From: Antechinus flavipes
Lineage: Eukaryota
DNA length: 64,000 nt
Direction of reading: 5' to 3'
Assembly: GCF_016432865.1 (NCBI RefSeq)
Contig: NC_067399.1
Coordinates: 578,274,001 to 578,338,000 of the forward strand
Position numbers and translations under genes: made by a program. Below the pieces are notes generated by a model that worked only from the letters and a program-made list of their open reading frames with translations, searched no databases and was not told the origin of the DNA. Below are positions 12,901 to 25,456 of this stretch, piece by piece. Every line of letters starts with the position of its first letter. The stretch's first letter is position 1.

Positions 12901-15900
12901 AAGCTAATACTAACCCCAAAACATGGTAGTTCGCATTTATGAGGTTCGTAGGTGCTTCCCGTGGGCTGATCCTGGGAGGAAACCAGACTCAGTTGAAGTG
13001 ACTTGTTATTGGGCACAAAGCTTAGAAAAGCCACACTTGGCTCTTGAATGAAGGCAGGTCTTCTGACTGCACACAGTATCCTTTTCATAGCATAATACTG
13101 TTTTTCCCCCCATTTAGGTATCACGATCTCCATGCATTTGAGTTGCAAGGCCCTACCAGAGTCCTGGAGTGGACCGATAGCCAAGGTGACTTTATCCCCT
13201 TTTGCCTTCCAAGGGAGTAAGTCCCCCTTAGGTAGCCTCCTAAAGAAACCAGTAGGTGCTGATTTGCCAGCCCAATCAAAGAACTCTGCTGACCCAGTTT
13301 CCTGACCAGTGTCCTGAAAGCAGATTCATGCTACTGCTTTTGTGATGCCAGTGTTTTCTATGTCTAAATGTCATAGCTTGCTGGATAAGGTTATACAGGA
13401 GAGGCTGCCCCTATTCAGAATGGGAAGGTTTTGCAGGGTGTTTCTGTACTTGCCTTTGATCTAGAAGATATCAGTTTGCTGACATTTTTTGTTTCATCTT
13501 ATAGGAGTTTATGTTGCGGGCTATGAAAGTCAGAAAAAAAATGAAGTTCTGCATCTTCTTTTACCTCCCAAACTTTCTGCTGAAAACCAGGTATATTGGA
13601 AGTCAAACTGCTCCTTCACCTTCAAAATGATTGTAGAAATAGAAGGCAGCCTTTAGGGCCTGAATGTATGAAAAAGTCTTTTTTAAAGTGATTTAGTATT
13701 CAGTAAATCACTTAATAAAGATTTTCTCATTCATTTTTAAATGAATCATCATTTGATTTACTGTATATACTAGGTACTCTGCTAAATGCTGGGTATGCAA
13801 ATGTTAAAAAAAAATTAGATAAGTTTCTGCCTTTATGTAGTTTATATTCTAAAACGGGAAGACAGCACATAAAAAAGGGAAAGATGTTTTGATCTGGAAA
13901 AATAAAAGGATGATGAATGGAGCTAAAGGGTAATTAATTGAAAGTCTTTACAAGAGCTAGAAATACGTATGAAAGAAGGGTCATAAAGCATGAAGATCTT
14001 GGAAAGCCAGTGTTGGGTCCAGCCTAGAGATAGAAAACTCTCTCTATTTAGGAGCCAGAGATGTCAGGGTGAAAGTTGGAGTTCTATGTCTCAGGCAAAG
14101 GCTGGAGCATGGAATGAAGATGGCTGTGAATAAGAATGGTCATTAAATGTATATGAAGTCCTAGGGAATATTTGTTCCCAAATTCCATATCGCCTGTCCT
14201 AGATGTCCATTCATCACCAGTCTGGCTGCCAATAATGAAATCCTTCCGAACTGGGCCTGCCGGCCTAGGTTTTCTTCTTCATGGCATTCTCACACATCTC
14301 CCGTTTCCATTTTGGAAACCACACCCACACACACTTTTTAAAACTGATTTTTTTAACTGATTCAATAGAATCTGAATGTGCCTTAGAGAATAAATGCAGG
14401 ACAGAAAGGAAGGAAAGACTACCTAAAGACTACTTAAGAAGCAGAAAAGAGAGCCTACTGGCTACTAGAGATGAGAGTTGAGAAAACACTTAAAGCAAGG
14501 TTTGTCTGACTAGCTCTTTTTGTAAATTAAGAGAATTCCTTGGTCATGTTCAAATTCTACTTTGGTGTTTTTTGTTTATGAGTTTTTACTTTTTTGGAGA
14601 AGTTAATGTAATGAAAAGAGCACCTTGAGGGGAGAATCAGGTATAATTGTCTTTTCATCCAACTAACCAATGGCTTTTTCTCCAACTTTGGGAAATATAG
14701 AACTAGGGACTCAAGGATAGGACTGATGCATATATATTTTTCCTTTTTAGTAATAGTGAAAACAATTCTGATTCTGGACAACTGGTACAAGCACAAGCAA
14801 CAATTGGAATGATTAGCTTTCATTCTACTCCCTTCCATGTATTCTATAATCTAGTGACTATGACCTTATTGCTATTTTTCATATGTGATTCTCCATCCCT
14901 TGGCTCTGTATGTTTTAATTTCATTATCTATCCCCTTTGCCTGGAATACTCTCCCTCCCTATTTCTGTCTTCTGGCTTCCATCAAGACTCAGCTCAAATC
15001 CTGTCTTCTTTTGTAAGAGACCTTTCTTACTCTCCGTTGTCCCTTCCCCTTCACACAGTGTTCTGAGATTATATTTTTCTCTCTTTCCCCTATCTTTTGT
15101 ATTTGTATTTCTCCATCTGTCTATATTTCTTTTTCTAGATAGATAGCTAAATAAATGATAGATAGATAGATTTTGTATGTATATAGTTGTTTGCATGTTG
15201 GGTCCCACATTGGAATATGAGTTCCTGAGATCAGAGACTATATTTTTCAGTTTCTGACCTTGATTCATAAGTAACATTATTATTATGGATTGTCTCCAAA
15301 TTTTTCAAATTGATTGGGCTGTAAACTTTTACTCTGATATGGATAGGGTAGAGTTGGTCTTGTTAGCTTGCCTTTATGTACCTTTTTTTTTTTTTTTTTT
15401 TTTGGTGTGATAATAGAAAGTAGCTCACTTATTCATGGCTCTTAAGAGAGGAATTTGGAATATAAAATTTATACTACATCAGAAAGGGCTGGGGAAATGA
15501 ATTAATTGGATGTGAATCAAAGAACTCTTGATGTGTTTTTGCAAGGGCAAGAAAGATAAGGAATACAAATTTCAGCATTTTTAAATGATGGAGAAAGTTT
15601 TCATACTAATTAGCCATTTACTATCATCCAGGTAACTTTCTTAGCTTTTTTTCATTTCTGAGATCCTAAACTGATTTACATTTCTCCTAACTTTTTGGAA
15701 GCCAAAAATCAAACATTGCCTCAGGGTTCTCCAATCCTTAACTCCTCCAGAGATATTTATCTGTTTTACTTAATTTTTCCTTCAAGCCATAACCTGCCCC
15801 ATTCAGATATTTAAGACTTTCTCTAACCATCTACAGAGACCTCTGATAAGATATCATGGGGAAAAAGGCACATAGTAAAAGTAGCAGGAATGTTTCTCCA

Positions 15901-18900
15901 GATTTATACCTTCTCCTTGTTTTTGTGAATTTATTGATGTCATGGAACTCATTTATAAAAAGCATCCAAAGACCAGGGGATATTTAATTGACTTTCTGTT
16001 AATGTTTTAGAGCTTATGCCCAGAAAGAGATTTCAGAGTGAAACATGGGGGATTTTCAGACAAGCCTGTCTACAACCTGAAGCATGTGCCAGAGACCAGG
16101 TATGAATCAGTTCTGTCCCCACTACATTTTAATTTTTCTAAAAATAGGTTATTAATGTCTTTTGTTTTTCATATCACTTGTTTTTAGATATGACTTTATT
16201 CCTTGAAACAGTTAAGCAAAACCAGCTGGCACTTTTGCCAGCATATACAACAGTCAGCACTCATAATTTCCTACCTCAGTATCAAAAGAAGGGATGGAAC
16301 AGAGGTAATAATATCATTCTTGTCAAAATAGAGCCTAAGAAAATGAGGAAGTGTTTCTGTGTACATCCCATCTCTGATTTTGGTACTCCTTTCTATATGT
16401 CCCACATTCAAATAAAAACAATAAAAAACTAAGACTGTAGGTAAAACTAGAACCTAGCTCAAAACCAAAACAACAACAAACTCCCTTACACAGACAGCCA
16501 GACACCCACACCCCCCATACCCACATACACCTTTTTTAACTGATTTCGATAGAATCTGAATGTGCCTTAGAAAATAAATGCAGTACCCTTTGATCCAGCA
16601 GTGTTTCTACTGGGCTTATACCCCAAAGAGATACTAAAGAAAGGAAAGGGACCTGTATGTGCCAAAATGTTTGTGGCAGCCCTGTTTGTAGTGGCTAGAA
16701 GCTGGAAAATGAAAGGATGTCCATCAATTGGAGAATGGTTGAGTAAATTGTGGTATATGAACGTTATGGAATATTATTGTTCTGTAAGGATAAATACAGA
16801 GAGGACTGGCGAGACTTACATGAACTGATGATGAGTGAAATGAGCAGAACCAGGAGATCATAATATACCTCAACAATGATACTGTTTGAGGATGTATTCT
16901 GATGGAAGTGGACCTCTTTGATAAAGAGAGCCTTAATTGATCAAAGATGGACAGAAGCAGCTACACCCAGAGAAAGAACACTGGAAATGAATATAAACTG
17001 CTTGCATTTATGTTTTTCCTCCCGGGTTATTTATACCTTCTGAATTCAATTCTCCCTGTGCAACAAGAAAACTGTTCAGTTCTGCACACATATATTGTAT
17101 CTAGGATATACTGCAACCCATTCAACATGTAAAGGACTCTTGCCATCTGGGGGAAGGGGTGGAGGGAGGGAGGGGAAAAATCGGAACAGAAATGAATGCA
17201 AGGGATAATGCTGTAAAAAATTACTCTGGCATGCGTTCTATCAATAAAAAATTATTTAAAAAAAAAAAAGAAAAAAAGAAAATAAATGCAGGACAGAAGG
17301 GAAGGAAGGTATCCTTTAGATACCTAAAGACGTATCTAAGAAGTAGAAAAGAGAGCCTACTGGCAACTAGAGATGAGAATTGAGAAAACACTTAAAGCAA
17401 AGTTTGTCTGACTAGCTCATTTTGTAAATTAAGAGAATTTCTTGGTCGTGTTTAAATTCTACTTTGGTGTTTTTTGTTTATGAGTTTTTACTTTTTTGGA
17501 GAAGTTAATAGTTAACATAATAAAAAAAAGCAGTGGACTAGGGATTATGGTGCTGATCCCAGCACTGTCTCTGACTATGGAACCTTAGGCCAGTCACTAT
17601 ACTAAAGTTTCTTTACCTCTACAAAAAAGAATTGGAATAAAAGGACTCTAGTGTCTTGGAACAGCTAAGTGACACAATGTATAGAGTGCTGAGCTTCAAG
17701 TTAGGAAGACATTTTCCTGAGTTCAAAACTGACTTCAGATACTTATGAACTGTATGACCCTGGGCAAATCATTTTGATCCCCATTTGCCTCAGTTTCCTC
17801 ATCAACAAAATGAATTAGAAAAGGAAATGGCAAACCACTCCAGTATCCTTGCCAAGAAAATCTCAGATGAGGTCACAGAGTCAAGACAACAAGTGAACAG
17901 CAATGTCTAATGTCTAATATTGTGAGATTCTCAGAGGTACATTAGGAGCAGGCATGGATTATGTATAAGAAGTCAAAGAAGATGAATGGGGTAGGCTGTA
18001 AAGTCTGGCATAATATCTCTACTTGCTTTCCATAGGTTGCTGGTCACTACAGGCCCACCCGGCAATTCTCTACAGGTATGGCAAGTTGCAGAAGATAGCG
18101 GTAAGTGATTTCAGAAGATTTTTTAAATGAGATCATGGAAAATAAGAGCTCATATCATTATAACTCTAAATGATTTTACAAAGCATTTTGTAATATTCCT
18201 GGAATAGATAGTACAAATACTATTATTTCCATTTAATAATTAAGGAAACTGAGGCTCAGAGATGATGATTTGCCCCAGTCATACAAGAAGCAATAGAATA
18301 GCGCTCAGATTCTATATCACAACACCTGTCTTTCCAGCATGATTTCCATATTTTTCATCTTTACTAATTTGATGGTGTGAAGTGAAACTTCACAGTTGAT
18401 TTAATTTGCATTTTTCTTATTAATAATTTGAATTGTAGTCAATCTTCCTTGCTACCAACAGTTTCTATACTTGTCATTCCAGCTGTTGTATTTCAGCCCT
18501 TTTTCTAATTTCATTAGATTCAGTTCAGATCAACAAGTAGCACATCTTATAGCCCTGTTCATAGCATGTGTTCTGAAATTATTAGTCATTGTCACAGTCA
18601 CTGGGAAAGAGAAGGTTGTGCTGAAAGATTGATACATAATCCAGCTGATATGTATTTTGGTTCTTTGAACATGTGTAGATTTCCAGAGAAGGAAATAGCA
18701 TACTAGTCCACTGTTTATCATCACTGTCAAGACCTTCCTTGTACTTTATTTTTATCTAAACCATTTCTATTTAAAATTCATCTCATGTTAAATGTAAAAG
18801 TATTCCAATGTAGTTATCTTTTTAAATATTTTTCCCCTCTTCCTCCAGATATGATTAAAGCTGTAAGTACCATTGCTATACATGAGGCAAAATCCTGGCC

Positions 18901-21292
18901 TAGGATTGCAGTCCTCAACTCCAAGGTCCCCAAAGTCCTTCATGGGACCAGGGTCAATGATCTGCATGTTACCGAGCTGGAGTCCCAGAACACACTCTAC
19001 ATGTCAGGTACTGAAATGATACTCTCACCCTGATCTGTCCTGGATAGAGTCACCATTTCCTTATTTAATTTATTAATTCCTATCTTCCTATGGCATTTCT
19101 CCTTCATAATGCTCAAAATACTTCTTGAAATTGATGAAGCTTGGCCAATTATAGAATGAAATACAGTATAGTACTGAGGAAAGAATTCTGGATTTGGAGT
19201 CAAACCTGGATTTAAATCCTAGGACTACTCACTATCTGTGTGACTTTGAGCAAATCATTTAAACTCCCTGGGCCTCTCTTTCTTAATCTCTAAAAAGTAA
19301 CTGGTTGGTATGAATTGATCTTCCAAAGCCTTTGGCTATGATTTTGCTACTTTCTTTCCATTTTGCTCCAGAAGATTATTTGATACATCCTTGCTGGAGA
19401 GAGTATGCTCACAGTTTGGGTATCATTTTTATGAGAGACTATTCAGGCCCTTTCTTCTCCTAGACATCAGGTTTGTGTTCTATAGGGCACCAGAAGGAAA
19501 AATCTGTTTTTACCTCCTCCACTTTAAGGTGTGAGAATTAACAAGGGCACATGACTTGCTGCTATTCCACAGCATATTCACTGAATTTCCTTTCAGGTTT
19601 ATTTGTTAATAGAACTGTTCTCATATTGACCTTGCAGGTGAGAGTGACAGTGAAGAAGAGATAAGCAGTCTGCAGGTGTTGGATGCAGATACCTTTGTCT
19701 TCTGTTGTGCTTCAGGACGACTGGGGCTTGTGGACATTCGCCAGAAGCGGGGTGATTCAGGGAGGACTACCTCGAGCCCTGGACCTGGTGGGGAGTTGTG
19801 GTGTGCTGCAGTTCGAACCAGTGGGCTAGGGTCAGGCCCCACCATTGCCAGTTTGTCTTCAAATGGACAGCTTCAACTCACAGACTTAAGGGACCTTGAC
19901 CATCCAGTGACAACAGTTCAGTGTCGGGTTTCTATGCCCAGTCCAGACTGGGAGTTGCTGAGGGTAACCTGGGCTCCTTCTCTAGATGGCTGCTTAGCCA
20001 TTTCAGGTATCCTTGAAACTGCATATCTGTCTTAACTTTACTTTCTAGGTGATTCCATAAGCTTCTGGTTTTACATTCAGTTTGCTCCTGGTTGTTGAAA
20101 TTTACCTACAAGAGCTCTCAATTAACCCACCACTCAACCATATAAAAATAAAAATAGACAGCCTACAAAGGAACCAGGGAACATGCACGCACACATAGTA
20201 CATATATGTAATTTATGCTCCCAGAAGCTTCTTCATCTTAAGCTAGTAAAACTTTTAAGCACTTAAGATTTAATAGCTTAAAGTTGCACTGAGACTTTTG
20301 GAACACTATATATCTGTATCCATATGATTGGACTATGAGGATTATTATAATTTCTGGGAGACAAGTTTATATCTCTTTACCCTCTGGAATTTGTTTTTGT
20401 TTTTTCCATGAGGATCTTTATTTTTCTTAATTGCAAGAGAAGCGTTAAAGACTAGCAGATATCTTGACTCCCAGTTCAGCATATTAATGTTCTGAGTTAT
20501 GGATATGGGTGGCAGCTTTTTCAGTTTTAAAATCATCCAGTCTTAATGGAATAGATGCCCTGAATATCACCAAAATGTTTATTGGGTCGTCATTGTAGCT
20601 TTTCACTTCCTCCTATCTTGTGATCCATGTTTTAATCGTTTTAGGCAGTTTGATATAGTGAAACAACACTAGATAAGAAGTGAAGAAACTTGATTTTGGT
20701 TCTGGTCCTGCCACTATCTTACTTACTGGGTAACTTTGGGCAGGCCTTGTCTTCTCCTATGCAAGAGAAGGAAATTGTGTTAGAGAGATGTCCTTTTCAG
20801 CCCTTTTGTTAGGATAATGGGTGAAAGAGTGTTTTTAGCCAGCTTTGATATATTTATCAGGATGATTGACTACATTGATTTAGGGAGGATATTATTAACA
20901 TCCCCTTTAGGAAATCTTTCATTTTTAAATTCAGTATCTCTTGGCTGGCTTTATGTCATTTTGAGGAAAGCTTAATACTGTTGATTATTGAGTAACTATA
21001 TACTGCTAATACTGTTTTACCTGGTTTGTTTATTAAATCTTTATTCTATTCATTAGGTTTTGATGGGACTGTCCAGATCTATGATACCATGTCCTGGAAG
21101 AAAAATGGGAGCCATGTAGAACCACTCTTTATCCATAAAGGACATCTTTTCATGGATGGGACTGAGAATAATATGCATTCAATGGTCACCACACATTCTT
21201 GGCACCCCAACAAACCAAGGACATTGTTGTCTGCAGCAGTTGATGCATCTTTGCATGTGTGGGATTGGATAGATCCTTGTAACTCCTGTTGA
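12556..21292 (+). CDS. WDR73: WD repeat-containing protein 73 (8 coding exons, 370 aa)
   Basis: Exons 12556-12596, 13118-13185, 13505-13590, 16011-16099, 18036-18100, 18849-19007, 19638-20006 and 21057-21292, all GT-AG, summing to 1113 nt in one open frame. Translation [32 protein letters not shown]...[13 protein letters not shown]...[18 protein letters not shown]...ASLHVWDW matches WDR73, and exon sizes 41/68/89/65 match the human structure as recalled. Confidence 0.97.
14320..14610 (+). repeat. ~290-bp local duplication, copy A (WDR73 intron 3)
   Basis: Matches 16505-16583 plus 17292-17510 at roughly 90% by eye. Confidence 0.9.
16505..17510 (+). repeat. ~290-bp local duplication, copy B (WDR73 intron 4), split by an L1 insertion
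   Basis: ttttaactgatt...tgtgccttagaaaataaatgcag [L1] gacagaagggaagg...ggagaagttaat. Confidence 0.9.
16584..17276 (+). mobile_element. 5'-truncated L1 (ORF2 C-terminus, 3' UTR, poly A) with 15-bp TSD
   Basis: [34 protein letters not shown]...[17 protein letters not shown] agaaaataaatgcag at 16569-16583 and 17277-17291. Confidence 0.95.
17658..17903 (+). mobile_element. MAR1-type CORE-SINE (MIR core plus RTE/BovB-like tail)
   Basis: Core gggcaaatcatttt...gcctcagtttcctcatc followed by gaaaaggaaatggcaaaccactccagtatccttgccaagaaaa. Confidence 0.8.
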
Positions 21293-22478
21293 TCCCATTC
21301 AAAGGAAGGAACAGGCCCAAACATTCCCAGGTTTCTATGTTGTAGAGAATGAAACCGAAGACTTGTAAATCTTACTCTGCATGTAAAGGGCAAGTATTCT
21401 AAGACCTTTTTGGCTGCTATATGGGCATTGGTTTATTTTTTCTTAAAATTAAGGTAGGATAGTGTTTTACATGGCACTGCTAGGAAATTAGAGGTTCAAA
21501 AACCTCTGTCTATCCCTGACTTTTGGCCTTATAGGATTAGTAGCATGCCGTAGCAAGTATACAGTAACTGAATGTAAATCCTTGTACTTTTATGGTCTGC
21601 CATAGTAGTATTATGATATGTTAGTGCATCTGGAAGAGGAATATTCTCATCCAGCTTTCAGGTGTCACCATTCCTCTCTTCCCAAGCCTCTGGTAGGGTA
21701 CCACCCCACAACACCCTTTCTTCACCATATACCCTTCCTCTGGCTTGCAAGGATTCCCCAGTCTAGGTCAGGCACTTATCATTTTGCCCCTCTATGATCT
21801 GCTTGGATGGTGCTACGATAAGTTGCTTTTGTCACATTACTTTGGTTACTTTGAAAGCTCTGGTATTTCATTAGTATGGGTCGTCCTGCTACTGATCACA
21901 CCTCTCTTGGCCTTTTATTCTTGTAATTATTGTATAATTCTTGTCCCTGTTTTTCTTAATGTGTCCCACAAAGTATCTGACATGTTGAAGGCCTTCCTTT
22001 TTCTATTTCAGGGATGACTATTGTACCATTTGGCATTATTCATTTATTTCTTAGTTTCTGTGTTATAATTATTTATGACAGGCCATTTTTAGTATACAAA
22101 TAATTGTTAGTAAGTAACTGAAGTTGATACCTACGTTGTATCTTTCTGTTTATCTAGGTGTAATTATTCTGAGTTTTTTTTTTTTTTTTAGTTTGCAAAG
22201 TTCCTATTCCCATGGACTTCAGAAGTTTTTCTGTATGAAACAAATTTCATTTTGGAATTGTTAAAGTGTTTGTGAATTTACTAGTAGTCCTGAAAGATTT
22301 TTTGACCAATTCCAATTGTTTAATTCCCAAACCTTTAAACTTGGGAATCTGTATTTATTTTATTCTAAGCTTTCCTTCATCTTTTTTTTTTTTTTTTTTG
22401 GTTTAAATGATTCCTAATCGAAATAATCTCTAAGGAGAATCAACCCTCCCAAAAAAAATTCCAAGGAAAAAACTTTTA

Positions 22479-22976
22479 TTTTTTTAATAACTTTTTATTG
22501 ACAAAACCCATGCCAGGGTAATTTTTTACAACATTATCCCTTGTACTCATTTCTGTTCCGATTTTTCCCCTCCCTCCCTCCACCCCTTCCCCCAGATGGC
22601 AAGCAGTCCTATATATGTTAGATATGTCGCAGTATATCCTAGATACAATCTATATGTGCAGAACCAAACAGTTCTCTTGTTGCACAGGGAGAATTGGGTT
22701 CAGAAGGTAGAAATAACCTGGGAAGAAAAACAAAAATGCAAACAGTTTACATTCATTTCCCAGTGTTCTTTCTTTGGGTGTAGCTGCTTCTGTCCATCAT
22801 TAATCAGTTGGAACTGAATTAGATCTCTTTGTCAAAGAAATCTACTTCCATCAGAATACATCCTTATTCAATATCGTTGTCAAAGTGTATAATGATCTCC
22901 TGGTTCTGCTCATTTCACTTAGCATCAGTTCATGTAAGTCTCTCCAAGCCTCTCTCTATTCATCCTGCTGGTCATT
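22479..22976 (-). mobile_element. 5'-truncated L1 3' end with 16-bp TSD
   Basis: Reverse complement of the L1 3' UTR seen at 16.9-17.3 kb. TSD aaggaaaaaactttta at 22463-22478 and 22977-22992. Confidence 0.92.
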
Positions 22977-23175
22977 AAGGAAAAAACTTTTAGGGAAATA
23001 ATGGCACACTGGTGACAGTTCTAATAACTCGCAAATCTCTTACAATTCACCATGAATGCATCAAACATAATTGTTTGCCAGAGGGAAAAAATTACTCTAT
23101 GGATTGGATTTTCCTCTTCCTTTTGGCCATTGCTTTTTGAATACATATACATATGTAATTAAAATTTTTTTTGGC

Positions 23176-23317
23176 TTTTTTTTTTTTGGAGAGGCAATTG
23201 GAATTAAGTGACTTGCCCAGGGTCACACAGTGACACAAGTGTCTAAGATCATATTTGAACTTGGGTTCTTCTGACTCTACGGCTGGTGCTTTGTCTACTA
23301 CTCCATCTAGCTGGCTC
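23176..23317 (-). mobile_element. WSINE1-like SINE
   Basis: Poly T then gaggcaattgg...ttaagtgacttgcccagggtcacacag...tttgaact...ccatctagctg. Confidence 0.8.
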
Positions 23318-25290
23318 TTGGCTATTCCTTTTATTTCAATTTTTTTTTAACTTTATCTACAAAATTTCCTATTTGATTCTTTTTCCTAATAGATCACAGC
23401 TTAAGGTTTCTATGTTTAGACACTCAAAAATATTTTTTGATTGGATCTCTTCTTTTCTGTCTGTGGTCCTCAACATGAATGGTGAAGGTTACCTCTAGTA
23501 TTCTAACCTCTCTGAGAGATAGTGGTCCCTCTTTATTTATTTATTGGGTTTTTTGTTTGTGTGTTTGTTGTTGTGTGGTTTTTTTGGTCTGTGTCTTCTT
23601 TTACAATAGACTAATAGGGAAACAGGTTTTGCATGATTGCACATATATAACCTATATAAAACTGCTTATCATGGTGGGGTGGGGAGGGTTGGGTAAAGAG
23701 AGAGGGAGAATATTTGGACTCAGAATTTTTTTAAATGAATGTTAAAAACTGTCTTTACATATAATTGGGAAAAAAATTTTAAAGGAAATATTAACCCCTT
23801 TGTTTTAGATAGAGGGTAGTTACCCTCTTTAGAAGTGTTCCTTCTTTAAAAAAAAAAAAATAATAAGAAGAAGAAGTGTTCCTTCTTGTGTTTGTACTTA
23901 TCCTGATTTGAAAAGATACTTCAAGGGTGTGCTGAATACTTTTTTCTCTTGGATTAGTAGGCATATCTCCTCATTTCTTCAGTTGTATTTGGGAAATGTG
24001 ATTTCCTTTCCTTTCTAGGAATGGTAGCATAACTCTATCCACTCAGTGGATAAAACACTGGATGTATTATGTACAAATTGTACCTCATATATACAGTAAT
24101 CTCGTTTCTAAAATACTAGGATTGGACTAAGTGGTTTCCAAGGACCCTTCCAATTCTAAATCTATTATCCTTTGTTCCCTTCTTTTCTCCATGTATTGTT
24201 TGACCTTATTTGGCACATTTTTTAGATGATAAGGAGAGCTGGGCATAGTTTGCCATTTTGCTAGAATCATCTCATTTCTGCTACCACTTCCCAAAGACAA
24301 AAGAAGCATTGTGATGTGATAATCAGGACCTTGAAGGCAAATTATAGTTAGGTTCAGTGTCTAATTCTACCACTTCGCTATATGGTCTTGAACTTTTTTT
24401 CCTCTCATCTGTGAAATGAAGCATATATAGTAATGATCATATACCTTCATTTAATAGCACTTGCAATGTCAAAAAATAGGTTTTTATTAATACTATTATT
24501 CTATTACCCAAGTTTGCTACCTCCCCAATTTTAGATAGCCACTCTTTGTAACAAATAATTTTTAAAAGAAAAAGGAAAAAAATCAACCAAGTCTAATAAA
24601 CACTGAAAAAAATCTTGTGTTATATGATGAGAGAAAGGACTGTTAATAATGATTATTTTGGGGAGATTCAGAATTCTACCCCTTTTTCAAAATCTTGATT
24701 TTAACTTCAGTCTTTTGAAGGACATTAGTGATAATAACATTGAATTAATTCTCCCCAATCTTGATCTGACCCCTTCCCCCTCTCAATTTTAAAAGGAATG
24801 TAATCTAAAGTGAGGAAATCCATTGTATTGTACTCAAAACTTGGGAGGAGATAAATCCTTTTGTCTAGTTTTCCCAAGGCAGAGGATGGTCTATCCAAGG
24901 ATGGCATAACATTTATTCTCAATCTCTCATTGAGCACCTATTCTTCAAAGGGCATATAAACTGTGAGCCTGCTGCCATAGTTGACTTTATTCAAAGAGAA
25001 GCCAAATGACATTTCTTTTATTATTAACCCTGCTGGCATTAATAAAATGATTAAATTAACCAGAAATTATGTCTCTAGAACTTTTAAAATCATCACAGTG
25101 TAATATTCCATACCTGTGGACCTTGGCTTCTGAAAAAGAATTGGGGAAAGTATTTAAATCTCTTTGGAGACAAGTCTCTTGTTTATATTTCTGCAATATT
25201 TAGTTTTAACTGTTTTGTAGCTATTCTTTCCATTTATACTGTTGCAGTCATTGCAATTCATGTAAATTTTTCCATGCTTTTCTGTATTCT

Positions 25291-25456
25291 AAATGCTAAC
25301 TAATTTTTAACATAACAGTACTCCATAACATTCATATACTAAAGTTTGGCTGGCCAGTGGACATCATTTTCAAAATGCTAACTAATTTTTAACATAACAG
25401 TACTCCATAACATTCATGTACTAAAGTTTGGCTGGCCAGTGGACATCGTTTTCAAA
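25291..25456. repeat. 82-bp direct tandem duplication (2 copies, 2 mismatches)
   Basis: aaatgctaactaatttttaacataacag...ggacatc(a/g)ttttc begins at 25291 and again at 25373. Confidence 0.92.

Noticed and set aside
12245-12919. ORFs of 135-197 aa across the WDR73 promoter
   Set aside because: Stop-poor CpG-island sequence giving low-complexity G/P/R/A translations.
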